Source: an uncultured archaeon (GTDB taxonomy: Archaea > Asgardarchaeota > Lokiarchaeia > Sigyniarchaeales > Promethearchaeaceae). From it: DNA of 26,143 bases. The stretch covers positions 34,702 to 60,844 of the forward strand of contig CAYRPF010000009.1 of the NCBI GenBank assembly GCA_964426185.1. Reading direction: 5' to 3'. Below, piece after piece: positions 9,270 to 17,147 of the stretch. Made by a program: the position numbers and the translations under genes. Below the pieces are notes generated by a model that did not search any database, was not told the origin of the DNA, and was given only the letters and a program-made list of their open reading frames with translations. Numbering within the stretch: position 1 is the first letter of the stretch; every line of letters begins with the position of its first letter.

Positions 9270-10061
9270 ATGTCACACGCACGGGGTGGACCCAAAGGGA
9301 ATTTCGATTTGGGGAAATATATTATTGTCAAATTAGAAAAAGCCAATCGAAACTTTGAAATGATTGCGGATCCGAATGAGGCGTGGAAAGCAAAACAAAT
9401 CATCAAGAAATTACTGCAAAAAGAACCTGAACATCAGCTCCAAGTTGAGGAAATATTAAATAATTCCGATATTGATTTGGAAAGCATTTTTCCAACATAT
9501 GATTTCTTCTTAAATGTTAAAAAAGGAGATCGCGTTACTGAAGCAGATTTAGAAAATGCTTTTGCCACTACTGATCCTCGCACTATAGCAGCCTATTTTC
9601 TGATAGATGGTGATTTTGCTTGGACCAAAGCCCAGCGTGATCAATGGTTAGAGAAAAAACGGAAGCAAATTATCAACATTTTAGCTCGAAATTCGATAAA
9701 TCCCCAAACAAAGCGTCCTCATCCCCCCAATCGTATTGAAAAAGCCTTAGAAGAAGCACGAGTATCTATTGATATCAATAAACCAGCAGAAGAACAAATT
9801 GATGCAATTGTAAAACGAATACAAACCGTTATCCCCATTCGGATTGAAACTATTCAGATGGCTGTGAAAATACCAGCAGAATATGCTGCGAAAGCCTATA
9901 ATACAGTGGAGCAATATGCTCAAGTCAAACAATCAGAATGGCAAACGGACGGATCTTGGATAGGTATGATTTCCTTACCTGCTGGATTACAGATGGAATT
10001 GTTAGATAAATTAAATAAATTGACTCACGGACGGATGCAGAGTAAATTAATCCAGAAATAA
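9270..10061 (+). CDS. sbds: Ribosome maturation factor SBDS/Sdo1
   Basis: NFEMIADP, INPQTKRPHPPNRIEKALEEA, IPI, LPAG...KLNKLTHG; position between psmA and rrp4. ATG at 9270 preferred over TTG at 9255. Confidence 0.95.
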   Translation: MSHARGGPKGNFDLGKYIIVKLEKANRNFEMIADPNEAWKAKQIIKKLLQKEPEHQLQVEEILNNSDIDLESIFPTYDFFLNVKKGDRVTEADLENAFATTDPRTIAAYFLIDGDFAWTKAQRDQWLEKKRKQIINILARNSINPQTKRPHPPNRIEKALEEARVSIDINKPAEEQIDAIVKRIQTVIPIRIETIQMAVKIPAEYAAKAYNTVEQYAQVKQSEWQTDGSWIGMISLPAGLQMELLDKLNKLTHGRMQSKLIQK

Positions 10062-10324
10062 TTATCACTGGTTTCATTTCATTCTCGTGATAGTTCTTGT
10101 GAGTAGCTTTGACAAAAAAATAGGTGAAAGCTAACACACCAAGCAGGCTGTGATGACCTCATACCACTTTTCCTATTTCTTCCCGTTCAATAAAAATATA
10201 AAAAAAATCTAAATGCGGTCTATTACCATCATAGGAGCTTGACAACTGATTAATCGCTGATTGTCAACTTCAAATTTTGAAGATAAATAGACGTATTAAG
10301 AAAAAACAAACACAGTGAACCTAT

Positions 10325-11071
10325 ATGTCCGCGGAGAATAAACAAATACGCGAAATCGTTACTCCAGGTCAAGTAATTGCCTCTGATCCCGAGTTAATGG
10401 CTGGAAGAGGGGCGATAAGAGAAGCAAATGGGGATATCGTCTCTGTTTTCGTTGGATTGAAAGAAATTCGGGGAAAATATGTGAATGTAGTCCCTTTAAA
10501 TGGATTGTACAACCCTCAAATTGGAGATAAAGTCATTGGCCGAGTGATTGCAAAAACTCCTGTGAAATTTTTACTGGATATCAATTCCAAATTTTTAGGC
10601 ATTCTTAAACCATCTGATGCCTTTAAACGTTCTCATCGTACTCGAGGATATCCCAAAACCATGGGCACTTATCGACTCCCTCGGGAAAATGATATGGATA
10701 AGTTGAAAATGGGTGATATGCTAATTTGTAAAGTTCTTTCAGGATCACGCACAGAAGAACCCACTTTAACTAGTTTAGGTCAAGAATTAGGATTGATCAC
10801 AGAAGGTTTAGTTATTGCAATTGCTTCGACTAAAATCCCCCGAGTAATCGGAAAAAAGGGGAGTATGATTGCACTTTTGAAAAATTTGTTACATTGTAAA
10901 ATTTTTGTTGCTCAGAATGGGCGAATCTGGATACACGGTCGAAATCCAGAAAGCGAACGGTTATTAATTGAAGTAATTTATAAAATAGAACGTGAAGCTC
11001 ACACGACCGGCTTAACCGATCGAGTAAAAGCTTATATTATTAAAGAAAAGAAAAATAGAGGTATCAAATAA
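10325..11071 (+). CDS. rrp4: Exosome RNA-binding cap subunit Rrp4 (S1 + KH)
   Basis: IVTPGQ, YNPQIGDKVIG (S1), KIPRVIGKKGSMI (KH GxxG), VAQNGRIWI, EREAHTTGLTDRV. Confidence 0.96.
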   Translation: MSAENKQIREIVTPGQVIASDPELMAGRGAIREANGDIVSVFVGLKEIRGKYVNVVPLNGLYNPQIGDKVIGRVIAKTPVKFLLDINSKFLGILKPSDAFKRSHRTRGYPKTMGTYRLPRENDMDKLKMGDMLICKVLSGSRTEEPTLTSLGQELGLITEGLVIAIASTKIPRVIGKKGSMIALLKNLLHCKIFVAQNGRIWIHGRNPESERLLIEVIYKIEREAHTTGLTDRVKAYIIKEKKNRGIK

Positions 11072-11073
11072 CA

Positions 11074-12153
11074 ATGCCAATTTTAGTACCTGAACCTCAT
11101 GATGAGGTATGCTTTCGAGAAGACGGAAAAAGGTTAGACGGGCGCGCTGTTGATGAATTGCGCCCTTTTTCTTGCGAAGTTGGGGTTATAAAAAATGCAC
11201 AAGGCTCTGCACTTGTTCGACATGGAAAAAATCTGATTTATGCTGCTATTTACGGACCACGGGAAGTTCATCCCCGCCATTTAGCACGACCAGATCGTGG
11301 TATATTACGAGTCTATTATAGGATGGCTACTTTTTCGGTTCATGAGAGAAAAAGTCCTGCTCCGAATCGACGTGAAAACGAAATTTCTAAAGTAATTCGG
11401 GAGGCATTAGAACCAGTATTATTTTTAGAAGCCTATCCTGATTCTCAAATTGAAGTATATATAGAAGTAATTGCCGCCGATGGAGGTACTAGATGTGCTA
11501 GTACTACTGCTGCATCCTTGGCTTTAGCAGATGCTGGAATTCCCATGAAAAGTATGGTGGTAGGTGTGGCTGCAGGAAAAGCCCAAGGTAAGGTCCTTCT
11601 GGACTTAGGTGATAAAGAAGATAAGGTGGGACAAGCTGATATTCCATGTGTAGTGGTGATGAAAGATAAATCGATTTCACTTCTACAATTTGATGGAGAA
11701 ATGACTTTGGAAGAAATGAAACTCGGCTTTGAATACGTTCTTAAAGGAGCGGAAATCATTTATCAGAAACAATTAGAAGCATTACGTGAAAAATATAATA
11801 AAATTTCACGCCAAGCTGAAATTGAAGATGCAGAATTAAGCAAGGAAACTCCTAAAGAAGAAAAAACAGCATCAGAATCTACAGATACTGCGGTTTCTCC
11901 CGAATCTTCTGATATATTTAAGAGTGATGTGGAAGCAGAATCTGCTGAAAATACCAGATCTGCCGAAATTAATGAAACTCCTGAAGCATCTGAGACCCCC
12001 TCAACTGAAGGATCCGAAACAAAAACATCCCAGGAAGATGTTTCTTCCGTAGGTAAAGAAGCAAAAGAAGAAAATACACTTTCTGAAGAATCGGCTCCAT
12101 CTGAAGTACCCCCCCAAGCCGGTGAGGACAATCCCACAGGAGATGATAAATAA
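11074..12153 (+). CDS. rrp41: Exosome catalytic subunit Rrp41 with long acidic C-terminal extension
   Basis: RLDGRAVDELRP, YGPREVHPRHL, YRMATFSVHERK, ADGGTRCA, LLDLGDKED...ADIP. Confidence 0.96.
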   Translation: MPILVPEPHDEVCFREDGKRLDGRAVDELRPFSCEVGVIKNAQGSALVRHGKNLIYAAIYGPREVHPRHLARPDRGILRVYYRMATFSVHERKSPAPNRRENEISKVIREALEPVLFLEAYPDSQIEVYIEVIAADGGTRCASTTAASLALADAGIPMKSMVVGVAAGKAQGKVLLDLGDKEDKVGQADIPCVVVMKDKSISLLQFDGEMTLEEMKLGFEYVLKGAEIIYQKQLEALREKYNKISRQAEIEDAELSKETPKEEKTASESTDTAVSPESSDIFKSDVEAESAENTRSAEINETPEASETPSTEGSETKTSQEDVSSVGKEAKEENTLSEESAPSEVPPQAGEDNPTGDDK

Positions 12154-12983
12154 TGATGGATATTAACGATGTTGTTAGCAATTTAGAACGAAATTACATC
12201 TTAAAATTATTAAAACAAGGCAAGCGAATTGACGGTCGCGGACTTTTTGAATATAGAGAGGTTAAAATAAAAACGGGATTTATTCCCAAAGCGGAAGGTT
12301 CAGCTGATGTCTTTTTAGGTGATACTCGCGTTATGTGCGGGGTAAAATATGATATTGGAGCACCATTCTCAGATAATCCCGACAAAGGGGTATGCACTGT
12401 AATGACAGAATATGTTCCAATTGCTTCCCCTATGTTTGAACCCGGACGACCTGATGAAGTTGCTATTCAATTAGCACGAGTAGTTGATCGTGGTATTCGC
12501 CATACTAATTGCATTGATTATAAGAAACTCTGCATTAAGGAAGGAGAATATGTCTACATTCTGTTTGTAGATTGTTATATGATGGATTATTTCGGTAATT
12601 TAACTGATGCTTCTGCCATTGCAGCGATTGCAGCATTATTAAACACAAATTTACCCGGTGCTAAATTGAATGAAAAGGGTGAACCTGAATGGGATGGAAC
12701 ATATGCACCATTGACGATCTACGAAATTCCGTTAAGTATTAGTTTTGGAAAAGTAGGCGATGTGATTTTCGTCGATCCTAATTTATCGGAAGAAATGGTG
12801 TTAGATGGTTCTATTGCATTTGCTGTAGACGAGAAGAAGCAAGTAACTTCTATTCAGAAATATGGAAGTGCTACTTGGACTGTAAATGAAATAATGGAAA
12901 CATCGAAGAAAGCCATTGAAATTGCTGATGAATTACGAGCAAAATTGAAATTACGCCAACATGTTCAACAATCGAATTCATAA
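12153..12983 (+). CDS. rrp42: Exosome subunit Rrp42
   Basis: RIDGRGLFEYR, KAEGSA, FEPGRPDE, LARVVDRGIR, VDPNLSEE; TAATG overlap with rrp41. Confidence 0.96.
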   Translation: MMDINDVVSNLERNYILKLLKQGKRIDGRGLFEYREVKIKTGFIPKAEGSADVFLGDTRVMCGVKYDIGAPFSDNPDKGVCTVMTEYVPIASPMFEPGRPDEVAIQLARVVDRGIRHTNCIDYKKLCIKEGEYVYILFVDCYMMDYFGNLTDASAIAAIAALLNTNLPGAKLNEKGEPEWDGTYAPLTIYEIPLSISFGKVGDVIFVDPNLSEEMVLDGSIAFAVDEKKQVTSIQKYGSATWTVNEIMETSKKAIEIADELRAKLKLRQHVQQSNS

Positions 12984-13099
12984 TTTTTTTATTTCAAGTA
13001 ATTTTTCGAGGAATTTTTGAGTAAATCGGAAAATTCACAAAATTTTTTTAATTTGCTTCTTTCTCCTACTTATTCTTATTGCAAGTTGAAGTGAATTTT

Positions 13100-13387
13100 A
13101 TGGCTAAAACAAAAAAAGTGGGTATCTCAGGAAAATTTGGCCCAAGATATGGTTCTACCTTACGTAAACGATGGAATAAAGTAACTGAAAAGCAAAAAGG
13201 ACCTACCAAATGTCCTAAATGTGAATCTAAAATAAGAAATATGAGAAAGTTTGTTGGTGTGTGGGAGTGTCCTAAATGCGGAGCGCGTTGGACTGGTGGA
13301 GCATGGGAGAGCAGTACTGCCCGTGGAAAAGAATCTCATCGAATTGCCACACGATTAGCTCGTGAAACTTTAGAAGCAGAGAAGTAA
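13100..13387 (+). CDS. rpl37ae: 50S ribosomal protein L37ae (eL43)
   Basis: GKFGPRYGSTLRK, CPKC...GVWECPKCG, GGAW. ATG at 13100. Confidence 0.96.
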   Translation: MAKTKKVGISGKFGPRYGSTLRKRWNKVTEKQKGPTKCPKCESKIRNMRKFVGVWECPKCGARWTGGAWESSTARGKESHRIATRLARETLEAEK

Positions 13388-13439
13388 ACCTAAGACTTCA
13401 CTTGTTTTTTCATCTTTTTTCTATGAAGCGTGAATCGGT

Positions 13440-13694
13440 ATGCAGATTACAACCGAGGTTAAATTTATTTTTAATACAATCGAGCATCGGGATATTTTTT
13501 TTAAAAGCTTTTTACCTGAATTCAAGGGATTCAATGCTAAACGTTCTTCTTGGCAGATTTACCCTATTAATCCTGATTCAGCACATATCAATTTCCAGAT
13601 TCAAGCAGAGGATGCCACTGCATTTCGTGCTACCATAAATTCTTTGATTCAATTTGCAAGTGTGGTTGAAAAAACACTAAATCTTGTTGAATAA
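13440..13694 (+). CDS. pcc1: KEOPS complex subunit Pcc1
   Basis: 84 aa; SFLPE, KRS, IQAEDATAFRATINS; usual position in the exosome superoperon. Confidence 0.85.
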   Translation: MQITTEVKFIFNTIEHRDIFFKSFLPEFKGFNAKRSSWQIYPINPDSAHINFQIQAEDATAFRATINSLIQFASVVEKTLNLVE

Positions 13695-13703
13695 AGTTGA
13701 ATA

Positions 13704-13755
13704 TCATTTCTTAGAAAAGAATAATAATGCTCTTTTCTTAGAAAAGAATAATAAT
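13704..13755. repeat. Tandem direct repeat with palindromic core
   Basis: TTTCTTAGAAAAGAATAATAAT at 13707-13728 and 13734-13755 (27-nt period). Second copy lies in a perfect inverted repeat TCTTTTCT-T-AGAAAAGA (13731-13747). Confidence 0.85.
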
Positions 13756-13776
13756 ATTATAGGGAGAAAAATTTAG

Positions 13777-14397
13777 ATGCCAATAGTAACTCATCAAGAT
13801 GAATATTTGTTATCGAAGATTGAAGTAGAACTTGCGAATATGATAAACTCATTAGCGCGGGAAATTGATTCAATTAAAAATCAAGAAAAGAAACTAGGGG
13901 ATATGTATCAAGCGTATACCAAAGATTTGGGAAAATACATTAGAAAGATGAGAGATAAAAGTAAACAAATGGATGTTTTGGCCCGTGAAGATAAATCAGG
14001 AATCTCTAAAACTGAAGTCGATGCCTATAAAAAGCAAGTTCAAAAAGTGGATGACCGTATTCGAATGATTGAAGGCTACTATGATCGATTAAAGGATTTA
14101 GCTCTACAAAAGAACAATTTAACCAAACGGATGAAGGAATATGCAAGTTTAATGGTATCTCATGCAAAAATTAGAAATAATATTGTTGATATTGGCTTAA
14201 AGATAGAAAAAGAAAAGAACAAAATGGTCGCGGCTGAATCTATTTCAAGAAATGAAGATAAATTGAAAGATGCAGAACGTGAATTTGAGCGTAGTAAGAA
14301 AGAACTAAACAAAAAATGGGCTCAATTGGAAGAAGAACGAGCAGAAGTAAACCAAATGTGGAGAGCCTTGAAAAACTCAATAGATGATTTTGAATGA
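13777..14397 (+). CDS. All-helical coiled-coil protein, possibly BAR-domain-like
   Basis: 206 aa, K/E-rich heptad patterns, no Pro after residue 2, upstream AGGGAG SD-like sequence; function not assignable. Confidence 0.8.
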   Translation: MPIVTHQDEYLLSKIEVELANMINSLAREIDSIKNQEKKLGDMYQAYTKDLGKYIRKMRDKSKQMDVLAREDKSGISKTEVDAYKKQVQKVDDRIRMIEGYYDRLKDLALQKNNLTKRMKEYASLMVSHAKIRNNIVDIGLKIEKEKNKMVAAESISRNEDKLKDAEREFERSKKELNKKWAQLEEERAEVNQMWRALKNSIDDFE

Positions 14398-14426
14398 TGA
14401 AAATCAGTGTTTTTTCTTTGTTTATT

Positions 14427-15977
14427 TCAAATGATTTTAGTTATGATTTCTCGCAATTGATTTAATGAAAAAGGTTTTTTTAAGACGTCTATAAATCCGT
14501 ATTTTGATGGATTGGCCATAATTGGGTCGTTGGAATACCCGCTTGCAACAATGGCGCGAATATCTGGATCGAAAAATCTCAAATCTTGAATAACTTCTTT
14601 TCCACCTAAACCTCCTGGAATAGTGAGATCTAAAATTACAAGATCGAATTTGTGGTTATTATTGAATGCTTCTTTATACAATTGAATCGTATCTTCTCCA
14701 TTTTCGGTAAAAACCGTTTCATAGTGCAGATGTTGCAAGAGTTTTTTCAAAATTCGCTGAATTGCTTTATCATCTTCTAGAATTAAGATTGATTGCTTTG
14801 TTTCTGCTTTCTTGTTATCTTTTTTTAATTCCTTCTTTGAGGTCTTTAGGTGTTTTTTTAAAAGTGGAGGTTCTTCTTGTACTGGAAGATATACAAGAAA
14901 TTCGGAGTATGAATTATTCGGGTCCTCGGATGTATGAAATCCAATATAACCGTTGTGGTTTTTAATAATAGAATAGACTGCGGCCAATCCCAAACCATAT
15001 CTTGATTTTTTTGTGGAAAAATACGGTTCAAAAATATTGGTTTGTATCTTTTCGGGAATTCCTGTTCCTTCATCTCTGATAATGATTTCAATATATTTTC
15101 CTGGTGGAATTAAAATTCGGTTTAAGTTGCCAAAAGGCTTAAGAACTTGATTGTTAAATTCTCTATTATAAAATTTTATGAAAATTTCGCCCCCGTCTGG
15201 CATGGCTTGATCGGCATTCATAACTAGGTTTGAAATGACTTGTGAGATTTGGTTAGGATCCACAACTACAGGCCAGAGATTATGGTCAAAATCTAAAGTG
15301 CATCTTGATTTCGAACCTCTAAGAGAAAAGATCGCAGTTTCAGTAATAATCGGGGTAAGATCTACTTTAGATTTTATTGGTTGACCACCAGTGGCGAATG
15401 TTAGTAATTGTGTGGTTAGATTTTGTGCCCTGTGAATAGATTTCTCTGCATCTTTCAAGGTTGCTTTAATAAATTCCAAATCATTTTCTTCCAAAGCTAA
15501 AGTTATATTTCCTAAAAGAGCTGTAAGAATATTATTAAAATCATGCGCAATCCCCCCAGCTAACCTACCAATGCTCTCTAATTTTTCTTGATTAAATTGG
15601 ATTTGTGTCATTTGTTTAAGTTCGCTGGGCTTGAGGCAGAGTAAAATTGTAGAATTAGAAGTGTTTGTATCTAATCTATTTAAAGTAGCTTGAAACGGAA
15701 TTATATTCCCAGAAAAGTCTATAAGTTCTATTTTGAATGATACGGTTTCGATTTCACCTAGTTGAATGGATTTGAATAAACTCTTTTTATTTAAATGACT
15801 GTTCGGGGAAATAATTTCAAATATATTCTTACCTATTAGTTTCTCTCTAGTTGCCTCTAACTTCTTCAAACCTTCTGAATTAATACCAAGAATTTCGTGA
15901 GATTCTAAATCAAATAAGATATGGATTACCGAAGAATCATTATTAGGAGATGTTTTATCTTGCAGAATTGAAGAAAT
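14427..15977 (-). CDS. Hybrid sensor histidine kinase (PAS-HisKA-HATPase-REC), CckA/NtrB-like; start uncertain
   Basis: H-box LAGGIAHDFNNIL, N-box QVISNLVMNADQAM, G1 DEGTGI, F-box FEPYFSTK, G2 GLGL; receiver ILILEDD...LVILDLTIPG...KKPF. Frame stays open to 15992 and adds the PAS N-terminus. Confidence 0.9.
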   Translation of the reverse strand: MSSILQDKTSPNNDSSVIHILFDLESHEILGINSEGLKKLEATREKLIGKNIFEIISPNSHLNKKSLFKSIQLGEIETVSFKIELIDFSGNIIPFQATLNRLDTNTSNSTILLCLKPSELKQMTQIQFNQEKLESIGRLAGGIAHDFNNILTALLGNITLALEENDLEFIKATLKDAEKSIHRAQNLTTQLLTFATGGQPIKSKVDLTPIITETAIFSLRGSKSRCTLDFDHNLWPVVVDPNQISQVISNLVMNADQAMPDGGEIFIKFYNREFNNQVLKPFGNLNRILIPPGKYIEIIIRDEGTGIPEKIQTNIFEPYFSTKKSRYGLGLAAVYSIIKNHNGYIGFHTSEDPNNSYSEFLVYLPVQEEPPLLKKHLKTSKKELKKDNKKAETKQSILILEDDKAIQRILKKLLQHLHYETVFTENGEDTIQLYKEAFNNNHKFDLVILDLTIPGGLGGKEVIQDLRFFDPDIRAIVASGYSNDPIMANPSKYGFIDVLKKPFSLNQLREIITKII

Positions 15978-16135
15978 TTGACATTCACCTTCTTAGTATT
16001 TGAAACTTTTTTGATTACCAAAAATATTTTATTTCAAATATAATAAAATTGTTACGAATAATTAGAATAAAATGTTTTTTTTTTTTAATCATTGTTTTAC
16101 AAAGATTATAAGAATTTTTGCAACTTTTCAAATTC

Positions 16136-16945
16136 CTAAGAATTTAATTCTTCAAAATCTCCGATTTCTAAATATTCCTCCATACTTTTTGATTCAAGCA
16201 GTAAATAACCCGAATCGTTTATTCCCTTCAATTTAAAACCTTTTCCCTCTTTACCTTCAATTTTTGTGCCCAAATTATAAAGATTTTGATTGTATTCTTT
16301 TTTTAGTTGATTTTTGGTCTTTGAAGAAAAATTTGTAATTACATTTTTCCATATCTCCGCCAGAATGGTCGGTATATTCTTTTTTGCAAAATTTTGAATA
16401 TTTACATGATAATCAATCAAATCAGAAACTGAAACGGTGGTATTTTTTAAATTTTCAGGAAAATTAGTCGAAGAATTATTAAAATTAATACCCATTCCAA
16501 TTAATAAAATATGTTTTTCGGGAGTAGAAATAACTTCTAATAATATTCCACCGAGTTTACGAAGCTTATTGATTCTATTTTCTGAGATAATAACTAAATC
16601 GTTTGGCCATTTAATTTTTACAGGAATGTGAAATTCTTCAGAAATCATTCTCTTAAGAATGCTTACTACAGCGTAATGTAGAAAGATAAATTGCTGTGTT
16701 GAAAGAATATTGGGAAGTGGAATGGCTAAAGTCCCCCAAAAACCTCCTTCGGGAGAAAACCAATCATCATTTTTTCTTCCCCTACCATGATGCTGAATTC
16801 TCGCGGATAAAAACACTGCTTTTTCGTTCGAATCTTGAATAAATGGAATGATTGCATCTTGGGTTGAATTTACTTTATCTAAGAAGATATATCGAAGTGG
16901 AGGAGGCGGTAAACGTGAAAGATGTGAAGGAAGTGAAGGATTCAC
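16136..16945 (-). CDS. birA: Biotin-protein ligase (group I, no HTH)
   Basis: VNSTQD, QHHGRGR...WFSPEGG, IKWPNDL, KLGGIL, IGMGIN. Confidence 0.92.
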   Translation of the reverse strand: MNPSLPSHLSRLPPPPLRYIFLDKVNSTQDAIIPFIQDSNEKAVFLSARIQHHGRGRKNDDWFSPEGGFWGTLAIPLPNILSTQQFIFLHYAVVSILKRMISEEFHIPVKIKWPNDLVIISENRINKLRKLGGILLEVISTPEKHILLIGMGINFNNSSTNFPENLKNTTVSVSDLIDYHVNIQNFAKKNIPTILAEIWKNVITNFSSKTKNQLKKEYNQNLYNLGTKIEGKEGKGFKLKGINDSGYLLLESKSMEEYLEIGDFEELNS

Positions 16946-17114
16946 ATTTAATTTAATATTATTGATGGCAAAAAGATTCTCATTTCATTCCTACTCGGAA
17001 AAGTGTGCTTAGTTTTTTATTAATTTTTACATTCAGATTGCTGATTCCTAAATATTTTCGTTTTAACCAATATCTCTTCAACTACTTTTACAATGTGGAT
17101 TTCTCGAAGTTTGT

Positions 17115-17126
17115 TTTTATATAAAA
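17115..17126 (+). promoter_or_regulatory. TATA box for carboxyltransferase/megasynthase operon (possibly leaderless)
   Basis: TTTTATATAAAA centred about 27 nt upstream of ATG 17148, in the divergent birA/carboxyltransferase intergenic region. Confidence 0.5.
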
Positions 17127-17147
17127 TAACATTTATTTAAATCAATA

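Noticed and set aside
13777-14397. Prefoldin beta call based on gene position
   Set aside because: Too long (206 aa) and lacks the central beta-hairpin of prefoldins
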